From Gaiellaceae bacterium (lineage in GTDB: Bacteria; Actinomycetota; Thermoleophilia; Gaiellales; Gaiellaceae): 64,000 nt of DNA. Location: NCBI GenBank assembly GCA_026002995.1, contig BPGK01000001.1, positions 2,293,988-2,357,987 on the forward strand, read 5' to 3'. Within the stretch, counting starts at the first letter, position 1; every line of letters starts with the position of its first letter. Positions 8,640 to 16,681 of this stretch are shown piece by piece. Position numbers and translations under genes: made by a program. The notes below the pieces were generated by a model. The model did no database searches. It saw nothing but the letters and a program-made list of their open reading frames with translations, and was not told the DNA's origin.

Positions 8640-9107
8640 TCACGCGGCCTCGGCGATGGCCATCACCTCCTCGGGCTCGTCGACGGGAGCTTCGGCGAGC
8701 GCCTTCGCGATCGACTCGGCGCTCAGGTAGCGGCGGGCGACGGCCCATTCGTCGTGCTGCTCGGCCAGCACCGCACCGACGAGGCGGATGATCGAGGCGC
8801 GGTCGGGGGAGATCCCGACGACGTCGGTCCGCCGGCGGATCTCCTTGTTCAGCCGCTCGAGCGAGTTGTTCGACCACAGCTGCCGCCAGTGCTCCTTCGG
8901 GAAGTGCGTGAAGGCGAGGAGATCGGGCGTGGCCTCGGCGAGGAGCTCGGCCGCAGCGGGGAAGCGCTCCTCGAGCTGGGCGCAGACGCGGGCGTGCTGC
9001 TCGAGCACGGTGTCTTGGTCGGGCTGGGCGAAGATCGAACGCACCATGGTCGCGACGAAGGTCTGCGTGGCCTTGGGGACGTGGGTCAGCAGGTTGCGCA
9101 TCTTCAA
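8640..9107 (-). mobile_element. IS256-family transposase, C-terminal fragment only (5'-truncated remnant)
   Basis: The 155-aa ORF matches the conserved IS256-type transposase C-terminus (MRNLLTHVPK...FAQPD...LLAFTHFPKEHWRQLWSNNSLERLNKEIRRRTDVVGISPDRASIIRLVGAVLAEQHDEW). Full-length enzymes are about 400 aa. A TAA sits 2 codons upstream at 9114-9116. No terminal inverted repeats were recognised. Confidence 0.85.
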
Positions 9108-9140
9108 CAGGGGTTAGGTCCGATCCGTTGCAAGCGCTTG

Positions 9141-9168
9141 GGCGCCCGCTCTCCGGCGCCCGCTCTTC
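9141..9168. repeat. 14-bp tandem duplication (ggcgcccgctctcc / ggcgcccgctcttc)
   Basis: Read directly; 13 of 14 positions are identical. It lies in non-coding DNA between the IS remnant and the tRNA-derived repeat. Confidence 0.7.
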
Positions 9169-9335
9169 AGACAGTCCCGGTGCTGTCCGACAGACGGTGA
9201 AGCAGAGGAAACCGCAAGCGGCGCCGCCCTCTCGGGCTCGGAAACCTCGACGGCTCATCCCCTCGTCCGCGCGGCACGCTGCGAAGGAACGTGGAAGACC
9301 TGACCCCAAGCACGACAGCCCAAGACCAGCACGAG

Positions 9336-9383
9336 CGGCCTGTCATGCGGGAGGTCGCGGGTTCGAGTCCGTCGCTCCCGCTC
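9336..9383 (+). repeat. Direct repeat of the 3' half of tRNA-Asp (att-like scar)
   Basis: 9336-9383 aligns with 6659-6707 (anticodon loop to acceptor end plus 3 nt). By hand count 46 of 49 columns are identical, with 2 substitutions in the anticodon stem and a 1-nt deletion in the T arm. Same orientation as the tRNA. Confidence 0.85.
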
Positions 9384-9405
9384 CCTGGCTGCTCGCTGCG
9401 GAGCG

Positions 9406-9918
9406 TCAGAGCCGACCGCGATCACGAACTCGCTCGAGGGTCTGGCGCAGAGCGGGGAGCTGGGCACGGTCCTTGGGGCGGTTCGAGGCCTCCTTCGAGC
9501 GAATCACGTCGGCGAGCGACGCGACCCGGACGTGCACGCCGTCCCCGATCTCGACGGCGAACGCGTCGCGCCGCAGATCCTCGTAGCCCGCCGTCCCAGG
9601 CGGCGTAAACACGAGGTCGAGGTCGCCGTGACGCGTGGTCAGCGTCCAGAACTCGGCCTGCGCGAGGAGTCGCGGATCGCGCGGCAACGGGACGTCGTCG
9701 CCCGTCTCCGTGCGCAGCCGAGCGCCGAGCTCGGCGAGCGCATCTGCGAGCCTGTGGAGGTTCACCTCGCTGCGCTCCGGCGTGACGTCGACATCCTCGG
9801 TCGGGAGCGGAGAGCCGTGTGAGAGCGCGGCGATACCCCCGATCACGACGAACTGCACCTCGTGACGGGTGAGAGTCTCGAGCATCGCGATGGGGTCGAA
9901 CGACGGAGTCTCAGCCAC
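9406..9918 (-). CDS. Small nucleotidyltransferase-fold protein (putative toxin partner of the XRE protein)
   Basis: 170 aa. FVVIGGIAALSHGSPLPTEDVDV resembles the pol-beta-type NTase G[GS]...DxD motif. The GTG start at 9918 overlaps the upstream XRE gene by 8 nt. Confidence 0.65.
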   Translation of the reverse strand: MAETPSFDPIAMLETLTRHEVQFVVIGGIAALSHGSPLPTEDVDVTPERSEVNLHRLADALAELGARLRTETGDDVPLPRDPRLLAQAEFWTLTTRHGDLDLVFTPPGTAGYEDLRRDAFAVEIGDGVHVRVASLADVIRSKEASNRPKDRAQLPALRQTLERVRDRGRL

Positions 9919-10258
9919 GCCTCTCGGCCTCGATCCGCGACCGGAGCTCGGTCAGCAGCGCCGCGGATCGCGTCCCGCGCAGGACTCGCTCCTTCGGCGA
10001 GAGCGCCAGCATGCGATCGATCTGCACGAGGTACGAGTCGTCGTACTCGGCCAGTCCGACGGTTAACTCGAGGCCGCAGGCACGAACGAGCTCGACGAGC
10101 GTACTGAGGCGAGGCTCGACGTCGCCGCGCTCCCAGCGCGCCACGGCCGACTGCGCACGGCCGGTCCGGCGCGCGAGCTCCGCCTGGCTCAGCCCGGCAC
10201 GCTTCCGTGCCTCTCTCAACAAATCTGCGCTTAGACCTATATCACTAATGATATGCAC
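9911..10258 (-). CDS. XRE-family helix-turn-helix protein (putative antitoxin/regulator)
   Basis: 115 aa with a classical Cro/C1 HTH: LREARKRAGLSQAELARRTGRAQSAVARWERGDVEPRLSTLVELVRACG. Confidence 0.85.
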   Translation of the reverse strand: MHIISDIGLSADLLREARKRAGLSQAELARRTGRAQSAVARWERGDVEPRLSTLVELVRACGLELTVGLAEYDDSYLVQIDRMLALSPKERVLRGTRSAALLTELRSRIEAERRG

Positions 10259-10320
10259 GCCGGCCGCGCCTGCCGGGTGCTCGCCTCCCGGAGAGCTCGT
10301 GAGCTGGGCGGCTCGAGCCG

Positions 10321-10551
10321 TTGCTCGGCAACGCCGAGCGCGACGCCACCGTGATGCCGATCGTCGCCGAGATCAGCGCCGAGGACGTTCGCTACCTCGA
10401 GGAGGTCCTCGACCTGCTCCTCGAGGCGTGGCCGGCGCGCGGCGAAGCGAGAGCCCGCCTGCGGCGAGCGATCGGTCACGCGCTCGAGCTCCACACGTGG
10501 CAGTCGCTCGTCCGCCGCCACAGGTGCACGACCGAGGAAGGGTTCGGCTGA
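10321..10551 (+). pseudogene. TetR-family regulator remnant (C-terminal ligand-domain fragment, no HTH)
   Basis: ...RAIGHALELHTWQSLVRRH..TTEE resembles TetR_C ends. The expected continuation VRLMVALARTA is found in a +1-shifted frame just after 10551. There is no N-terminal HTH upstream, because that space is taken by the XRE gene. Confidence 0.3.
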
Positions 10552-10847
10552 TGGTCGCCTTGGCTCGCACCGCCCAGTCAGGCAACGCCACTACGAGGCG
10601 ACGGCTCGGTTGTAGACGGCGCAGCGAGCGCGCGGGATCGATCATGCGCTCACGTCCGCTCGTTTGCTCGTCGGCCAACCTGTCTCCCGCGCTCATCGCG
10701 CACGAGTGGCCAGAGGGCTTGTGAGATCGACCGAGCCGCTCGAGGACCGGTTCGGGATGACGATGCGAGCGGGATCTGACTCCTGGTCGATTGCGCTTCA
10801 TCTGGAGCGCTGTCCCCACCGGCCGCGGCCGCCCGCCACATGCCTCT

Positions 10848-10868
10848 CCTTTACTTGTTTGGTAAAGG
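10848..10868. promoter_or_regulatory. Perfect 7-bp inverted repeat overlapping the vapB ribosome-binding region
   Basis: CCTTTAC-ttgtttg-GTAAAGG ends 2 nt before the ATG at 10871. It is an AT-rich island in GC-rich DNA. Confidence 0.35.
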
Positions 10869-10870
10869 TC

Positions 10871-11092
10871 ATGCCGAAGATCTCCGCCGAGAACCAGGTC
10901 ACGATCCCAGTCGCCGTACTCGACGAGGCTGGGTTGCGCGCCGGCGACCACGTCGTCGTCGAAGCGCTCGCGGAAGGTGAGCTGCGCATCCGCCGGGGCG
11001 AGCTCAGCTTCGAGCGCGCCTTCGGCGCCCTCACCGGCGCCGACCCGCCTGGTTACCTAGAACGCCTCGACCGAGAAGACGCCGAGCTGTGA
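10871..11092 (+). CDS. AbrB/MazE/SpoVT-family antitoxin (VapB-like)
   Basis: ATG at 10871. The 73-aa product MPKISAENQVTIPVAVLDEAGLRAGDHVVVEA... has a swapped-hairpin beta-barrel signature. Its stop overlaps the PIN gene start. Confidence 0.8.
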   Translation: MPKISAENQVTIPVAVLDEAGLRAGDHVVVEALAEGELRIRRGELSFERAFGALTGADPPGYLERLDREDAEL

Positions 11093-11472
11093 GCGTCGTG
11101 CTCGACGCCGACGTTCTGATCGGCGCGCTCGACAGCTCCGATCCTCACCACGCGCAAGCGCGCACGCTCTTCCGCGGCTGGCGGCGCCGGAACACGACTC
11201 GGATGATCAGCGTCGTCAACCTCACCGAGGTGCTCGTTGCGCCCGCCGCCGACCGGCGCAAACTACGCGCGGCGCGCGAGGCGATCGCGGCGCTCGGAAT
11301 CGCAGTGCACCAGCCGAATGAAGCGATCGGTGTCGACGCAGCCTGCCTCCGCAGCGTTCACCCGGTCACCTTGCCCGACGCCCACAGTCTCGCGACGGCA
11401 CGTTACACCGCCGCAGAGGACGAAGGAGTCGCGGTCACCAAGAGGGCCGCACGGCAACCACGCAAGCGCTGA
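11089..11472 (+). CDS. PIN-domain ribonuclease toxin (VapC-like)
   Basis: 127 aa with VVLDADVLIGAL (first acidic residue), NLTEVLV and LPDAHSLATA. There is a 4-nt GTGA overlap with the antitoxin gene. The C-terminal ~25 aa are atypical. Confidence 0.75.
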   Translation: MSVVLDADVLIGALDSSDPHHAQARTLFRGWRRRNTTRMISVVNLTEVLVAPAADRRKLRAAREAIAALGIAVHQPNEAIGVDAACLRSVHPVTLPDAHSLATARYTAAEDEGVAVTKRAARQPRKR

Positions 11473-11565
11473 TCATCGGCAGCCGTCGGAGCGTGTCGCG
11501 GTGGCCCGGCCACCCCATCCGCATGCATCGGAGCGCTCATCTTCGGGGCGCAAGGTCCGTGCAGA

Positions 11566-11588
11566 GTTCTTGTTGCTATGACAAGAAC
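11566..11588. promoter_or_regulatory. Perfect 8-bp inverted repeat upstream of the Nudix/NrtR-like gene (candidate operator)
   Basis: GTTCTTGT-tgctatg-ACAAGAAC lies 24 nt upstream of the ATG at 11612. A TATAGG -10-like hexamer at 11601-11606 leaves only 5 nt before the ATG, so the transcript may be leaderless. Confidence 0.4.
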
Positions 11589-11611
11589 CTGGTGCTAGGG
11601 TATAGGTCTAC

Positions 11612-12370
11612 ATGACTTTAACACGCCACGGCCGGGCGCCCGCCGGCTACGACCCGTCCGCGTTCCCCTCCTTCGCCGTCACGGTCGACGTGGTCGTCCT
11701 CACGATCGAGGGCGGCCGCTTGCAGGTGCTCCTCGTCCAGCGCGGGCTGGAGCCGTTCCAAGGGTCGTGGGCTCTCCCCGGGGGCTTCAAGCGCCCCTAC
11801 GAGACGCTCGACGAGGCAGCGGCGCGGGAGCTCCGGGAGGAGACGAGCATCCAGGACGCGCCGACGCTGCGCCAGCTCGGCGCCTACGGCGATCCGGGCC
11901 GCGACCCGCGCATGAACGTCGTGACCGTCGCGTACCTGGCGGTGGTGCGCGAGGTCGGGGAGATCGTCGCCGGCTCCGACGCGGCAGGCGCCGCGCTCGT
12001 CTCGGTCGCGGAGGCGCTCGACGGCGCACTCGAGCTGGCCTTCGACCACGGGCGGATCCTGGCCGACGCCGTCGAGCGCGCCCGCGTCGACCTCGAGCAG
12101 ACCGGCCTCGCGATCTCCTTCGTGGGAACGACGTTCACGCTCGCCGAGCTGCGGGCAGTGTACGAGGCCGTCTGGGGCGTGACGCTCGACCCGGCGAACT
12201 TCAGGCGCGCGCTCATCGCCGAGGACGGCTGGATCGTCCCCACCGGGAAGCGCGCACAGCCGGGGCCCGCGGGCGGCAAGCCGGCGGAGCTGTACAAGGC
12301 GGGACGGTCATGGGCGTATGGCAGCCCCATCCGCCGCCCGCGCAGAGCGAGAGAGAAGGGAGCGAGATGA
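11612..12370 (+). CDS. Nudix hydrolase fused to a C-terminal winged-helix domain (NrtR-like regulator)
   Basis: 252 aa. The Nudix box GGFKRPYETLDEAAARELREETSI is intact. The C-terminal ~90 aa (FTLAELRAVYEAVWGVTLDPANFRRAL...) resembles the NrtR-type wHTH. Confidence 0.8.
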   Translation: MTLTRHGRAPAGYDPSAFPSFAVTVDVVVLTIEGGRLQVLLVQRGLEPFQGSWALPGGFKRPYETLDEAAARELREETSIQDAPTLRQLGAYGDPGRDPRMNVVTVAYLAVVREVGEIVAGSDAAGAALVSVAEALDGALELAFDHGRILADAVERARVDLEQTGLAISFVGTTFTLAELRAVYEAVWGVTLDPANFRRALIAEDGWIVPTGKRAQPGPAGGKPAELYKAGRSWAYGSPIRRPRRAREKGAR

Positions 12371-13329
12371 AGGCAGTGCTGCACGACCGCTACGGCCCGC
12401 CGGAGGTGCTTCGGATCGACGAGGTTCCGCGACCCGTGCCCGCGGACGACGAGCTGCTCGTCCGCGTGCACGCCTCGACGGTCACGCGCTCGGACTGTGG
12501 GTATCGCTCGGCGACCCCGTTCTTCGCCCGCTTCTTCACCGGCCTGCGCCGGCCGAAGCAACCGATCGTCGGCACGGAGCTCGCGGGGATCGTCGAGGAG
12601 ACCGGCTCCGCCGTGACGGAGTTCGCCGTCGGCGACGAGGTGTTCGGCCTCCGCTCGGGCGCGAACGCGGAGTACGTCTGCCTGCGGACGGGAGGTCCTG
12701 TTGCGCACAAGCCCCGGTCGCTGAGCTTCGCGGAGGCAGCGGCGCTCCCCGACGGGGCGAGCATCGCGCGCGCCTGCCTCGCGAAGGTCGAGCTCGGCCC
12801 GGCCACGCGCATCGTCGTCTACGGAGCGACCGGCGCGATCGGCACGGCCGGCGTCCAGCTCGCGAAAGCCGCGGGCGCCCACGTGACCGCGGTCTGCGAT
12901 GCGAAGAACGTCGAGCTCGTGCGCTCGCTCGGCGCCGACGTCGTGATCGACTACGGGCGCGAGGACTTCACCCGGAACGGGGAGGTCTACGACGTCGTCT
13001 TCGACGCGGTCGGCAAGCACTCGTTCCGACGGTGCCGCCGCTCGCTGAAGACGGGCGGCACCTTCATCACGACCGACCTCGGCTGGGGCTGGCACGTCCC
13101 CTTCCTCGCCCTCGCCACGCGCGTTCTCGGGAGCAAGCGGGTCACGCTCCCGATCCCGACGTACACGAAGGAGGACGTCCTCCACGTCAAGACGCTCGTG
13201 GAAGCCGGGAAGTACCACCCGGTGATCGACCGCGTATACCCGCTCGAGCAGGTCGTCGAGGCGACGCGCTACGTCGAGACGGGACAGAAGACCGGCAACG
13301 TCGTCCTGACGCTGGAAGCAGGCGCGTAA
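12367..13329 (+). CDS. NAD(P)-dependent MDR-family (zinc-type/quinone) oxidoreductase
   Basis: The ATG at 12367 gives an ATGA overlap with the Nudix gene. 320 aa: MKAVLHDRYGPPEVLRIDEVPRP..., Rossmann VVYGATGAIGTAGVQLAK, C-terminal GKTGNVVLT. Confidence 0.9.
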   Translation: MKAVLHDRYGPPEVLRIDEVPRPVPADDELLVRVHASTVTRSDCGYRSATPFFARFFTGLRRPKQPIVGTELAGIVEETGSAVTEFAVGDEVFGLRSGANAEYVCLRTGGPVAHKPRSLSFAEAAALPDGASIARACLAKVELGPATRIVVYGATGAIGTAGVQLAKAAGAHVTAVCDAKNVELVRSLGADVVIDYGREDFTRNGEVYDVVFDAVGKHSFRRCRRSLKTGGTFITTDLGWGWHVPFLALATRVLGSKRVTLPIPTYTKEDVLHVKTLVEAGKYHPVIDRVYPLEQVVEATRYVETGQKTGNVVLTLEAGA

Positions 13330-14152
13330 TGGGAGCCGCCGTACATGACCGCTACGGCGACCTGCGGGAGGTCGTCGAGATCCGGGAGCTCGAGCGGCCC
13401 GAGCCTGCCCACGACGAAGTGCTCGTGCGCGTTCGAAACGCGGCCTTGAACATCGCCGACTGGTACGGCGCGGTCGGGTGACCCTACGCGGCTCGCGTCG
13501 CCCTGGGGTGCGCAGGCCGGAGGAGACTCGCCTGGGTACCGACTACGCCGGCGTCGTGGAGGCTGTCGGGGAGAGCGTGACGGACCTCGCCGTCGGCGAC
13601 GAGGTGTTCGGCGGGCGCACGGGCGCGCTGGCCTGGCGAGGTCACGGCCGTCTGCAGCACGCCGAACGTCGAGATCGCCCGCTCGCTCGGCGCGAACCGG
13701 GTCGTCGACTACATGCAGGAGGACTTCAACCGAAGCGCCGAGAGCTACGACCTCGTGATCGACATCGCCGGGACGACGCCGTTCTCGAGGCTGCGGAGGG
13801 CCCTCCAGCCCGATGCGACCGTCGTCGTCGTCGAAGGGCCGAGAGCGGGACGGCTCCTCGGCTCCATCGGCCACCTGATCTGCTCGCGTCTCTCGGCGCT
13901 TCGGGCGAGCCAGCGCGCGACCTCCTCCCGCGCGAGGCTGGGCAAGGACGACTGGAGGTGCTCGGGGAGCTGCTGGAGTCCGGGCGGCTGACCTCGGTGA
14001 TCGACAGTACGCATCCGCTCTCCGAGGTCGGCGAGGCGCTCCGGCACATGGGCGGAGGCCACCGCCGCGGCAAGATCGTCGTCACGTGCCGACGGCTCTC
14101 GCGCAGCCGCGTGGCTATCCGGCTGGAGGCAGCACCTTGCCCGGGTTCATGA
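13329..14152 (+). pseudogene. Second MDR-family oxidoreductase, decayed (frameshifts plus internal deletion)
   Basis: The N-terminus MGAAVHDRYGDLREVVEIRELERPEPAHDEVLVRVRNAALN is in one frame, with a TAATG junction to the upstream gene. LGTDYAGVVEAVGESVTDLAVGDEVFGG is in a second frame. VTAVCSTPNVEIARSLGANRVVDYMQEDF...YDLVIDIAG is in a third. The end LESGRLTSVIDSTHPLSEVGEALRHMGGGHRRGKIVVT is back in the second. The Rossmann GxGxxG segment is missing. Confidence 0.6.
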
Positions 14153-15512
14153 TCCCCTGCGGGTCGAACGCGTCCTTGATGCGGCGCATGAGCTCGACGC
14201 CGTCCTCCCCGTGCTCGAGCGGCAGGAACTTCGACTTCCCGTAGCCCACCCCGTGCTCGCCGGTACAGGTGCCGCCGACCGCGATCGCACGCTCGGCGAT
14301 CCCGTCGGCGAGCCGACGGACGGTCTCGAGCTCCTCCGGCCGCTCGGGATCGACGAGGAAGCAGACGTGGAAGTTCCCGTCGCCGACGTGGCCGACGATC
14401 GGGGCGACGAGGCCGGCGGCATCGATCTCCGCGCGCGCCTGTGCAACGCACCCGGCGAGCTCGGAGACGGGGACGCACACGTCGGTGATGTAACCCCGCG
14501 ACCCGGGACGAAGCGCGAGCGCGGCCTCGTACGCCTGGTGGCGAGCCTCCCACAGCTTCCGCCGCTCGTCCTCGCTCGTCGCCCAGCGGACGCCGTCCGC
14601 GCCGCGCGCCTGCGCGAGCGCCGCGACCTCCTCTGCCTGAGCAGCGACCTCCGAGGCGCTGCCGTGGAACTCGAGGAAGAGCGTCGGCGCAACGGGGTAG
14701 TCGAGTCCCGAGCGGCGGTTGATCGCGTCCATCTGCACGTCGTCGAGGAGCTCGATCCGCGCCACGGGGATGCCGAGCTGGATCGCCTCGATGACACAGG
14801 CGACGGCAGCGTCGAGCGTCGGAAACGAGGCGACCGCGGCCGAGATCGCTTCCGGCGTCGGGTAGACGCGGAGCGTCGCCTCCACGACGATGCCGAGGGT
14901 TCCCTCCGCGCCGACGAAGAGCCGGGTCAGGTCGTAGCCCGCCGACGACTTCCGCGCGCGCGAGCGGGTTCGCACGACGCGCCCGTCGGCCGTCACGACG
15001 ACGAGCGAGAGGACGTTGTCCCGCATCGCCCCGTAGCGCACGGTGGTCGTCCCGGACGCCCCGGTACTCACCATCCCGCCGATCGTCGCATCGGCCCCGG
15101 GATCGACCGGGAAGAAAACACCCTCGGGCCGCAGCCGCGCGTCGAGCTGCTTCCGGGTCACGCCCGCCTGCACGGTGACGTCGAGATCCTCGACGCTCAG
15201 GCGCAGGATCCGGTCGAGCCTCGTCAGGTCGACGCAGACGCCGCCTGCGAGCGGGACGACCTGTCCCTCGAGCGACGTGCCTGCCCCGAAGGGAACGATC
15301 GGCACTCGGTGCGCCCGGCAGAGCTCGACGACGGCGACGACATCCTCGGTCGACCCCGGGAAGACGACGAGATCCGGCTCGCCGCCGCGGTGATACGACT
15401 CGCCGATCGCGTGCTGGGCGCGAACGGCTTCGCTGGCGACGACGTGCTCCGGGCCGAGCGCTGCGGTGAGCTCAGCCGCAGCGAGCTCCACTGCTGCTCG
15501 CGTCACGCTCAC
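14115..15512 (-). CDS. FAD-linked oxidase (GlcD / D-lactate dehydrogenase-like)
   Basis: The C-terminal 465 aa of composite ORF 14115..16565. GTG at 15512 gives a GTGA overlap with the upstream stop. FAD_binding_4 motifs are present ([28 protein letters not shown]), and the C-terminal end reads [11 protein letters not shown]...[10 protein letters not shown]. Confidence 0.9.
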   Translation of the reverse strand: MSVTRAAVELAAAELTAALGPEHVVASEAVRAQHAIGESYHRGGEPDLVVFPGSTEDVVAVVELCRAHRVPIVPFGAGTSLEGQVVPLAGGVCVDLTRLDRILRLSVEDLDVTVQAGVTRKQLDARLRPEGVFFPVDPGADATIGGMVSTGASGTTTVRYGAMRDNVLSLVVVTADGRVVRTRSRARKSSAGYDLTRLFVGAEGTLGIVVEATLRVYPTPEAISAAVASFPTLDAAVACVIEAIQLGIPVARIELLDDVQMDAINRRSGLDYPVAPTLFLEFHGSASEVAAQAEEVAALAQARGADGVRWATSEDERRKLWEARHQAYEAALALRPGSRGYITDVCVPVSELAGCVAQARAEIDAAGLVAPIVGHVGDGNFHVCFLVDPERPEELETVRRLADGIAERAIAVGGTCTGEHGVGYGKSKFLPLEHGEDGVELMRRIKDAFDPQGIMNPGKVLPPAG

Positions 15513-16681
15513 CAGTCTCCCACGCTCCCGTCGCGGTAGAAGACGCGTTGCGGCAGCTCCTGCTCGAAGGGGTGCGCCGCGACCGCCTCGAGGTCGACCT
15601 CGATGCCGAGCCCCGGCCGCTCGCTCGGGCCGACGAGCATGCCGTTCCGATCGAGCGCGTGCGAGTCGAAAACGACGTCCGAGCGCCACGGCACGTCGTC
15701 GGTGACCGCTTCGCAGATGACGTACGAGGGCGTCGCGAGGCCGAGCTCGATCGAGGCGGCCGTGCTCACGGGGCCCTGCGGATTGTGGGGCGCAAGCGCG
15801 ACGCGGAAGACCTCGGCGAGCGCCGCTATTCGGCGCCCCTCGCTCAGGCCGCCGCAGTGGGTGAGGTCGGGCTGCACGACGCTGCAGCCGCCGCGTGAGA
15901 GGAGCTCGTGGAAGGCGTGGATGCCCACCAGGCGCTCCCCCGAGGCGATCGGCGTCGAGACCGAGCGTTGGATGGCAGCGAGGTCGTCCGGGCGCTCGGG
16001 CCAGCACGGCTCCTCCAGCCAGTAGAGGCTGTACGGCTCGAGGGCGGCGGCGAAGCGATGGCCCATGCGGGGGCTCGGTCTCGCGTGGCAGTCGACCATA
16101 AGGTCGATCTCCTCGCCCACCGCCTCGCGCATCGCGGCCACGCAGCGCTCGGCGTGCCGGATCGGGGCCAGGCCCTCGATCGGCATCGTCGGCGGCACGG
16201 CCATCGTCTTGAAGGCCGTGAATCCCCGTTCCACCATCGCCTGCGCGAGCTCGGCGAACCGCTGCGGCTCGTCGGACTCGTAGAAGTCCTCCATCCTGCC
16301 GCCGCCGAGATGGCCGTAGAGGCGGACGTGGTCGCGCACCGGGCCTCCCCAAAGCCGGTGGCAGGGGACGCCGTGCACCTTTCCGAGGATGTCCCAGAGC
16401 GCGATGTCGACCCCCGAGATCGCAGTCCCCCGGACGATGTCGTTGCCGTGCCAGAAGTGCTGCCGGAACATCATCTGCCAGAGGTGCTCGATCCGGGTCG
16501 GGTCCTCGCCGACGATGAGCTCGGCGAGGTCCTCGATCGCGCCGACGACCGCCCGCGTGTGCCACTCGAGCGTCGCCTCGCCCCAGCCGACGAGCCCGGG
16601 CTCGTCGGTGCGCACGCAGACGATCACCCAGTTGCGCATCCGGGCGTTGCAGACGTGCGCCTCGACGGCGGTGATCCTCAT
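15509..16681 (-). CDS. Enolase-superfamily enzyme, D-galactonate-dehydratase-like (MR subgroup)
   Basis: ATG at 16681 (residue 83 of ORF 15509..16927). [38 protein letters not shown]. Metal ligands DCHARP / LEEP / ASGERL, then [12 protein letters not shown] and APHNPQGP. Confidence 0.9.
   Translation of the reverse strand: MRITAVEAHVCNARMRNWVIVCVRTDEPGLVGWGEATLEWHTRAVVGAIEDLAELIVGEDPTRIEHLWQMMFRQHFWHGNDIVRGTAISGVDIALWDILGKVHGVPCHRLWGGPVRDHVRLYGHLGGGRMEDFYESDEPQRFAELAQAMVERGFTAFKTMAVPPTMPIEGLAPIRHAERCVAAMREAVGEEIDLMVDCHARPSPRMGHRFAAALEPYSLYWLEEPCWPERPDDLAAIQRSVSTPIASGERLVGIHAFHELLSRGGCSVVQPDLTHCGGLSEGRRIAALAEVFRVALAPHNPQGPVSTAASIELGLATPSYVICEAVTDDVPWRSDVVFDSHALDRNGMLVGPSERPGLGIEVDLEAVAAHPFEQELPQRVFYRDGSVGDW

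Noticed and set aside
10232-10241. The 10-mer TATAGGTCTA is shared between the first codons of the XRE gene (reverse complement at 10232-10241) and the Nudix gene promoter (11601-11610). It could be an XRE binding site.
   Set aside because: Only 10 nt match, one copy is inside a coding sequence, and there is no palindromic partner. That is insufficient evidence.
10373-10951. A 192-aa minus-strand ORF covering the TetR-remnant/vapB promoter region.
   Set aside because: The translation is low-complexity and Arg-rich with no motif. It overlaps the vapB promoter and start on the opposite strand.
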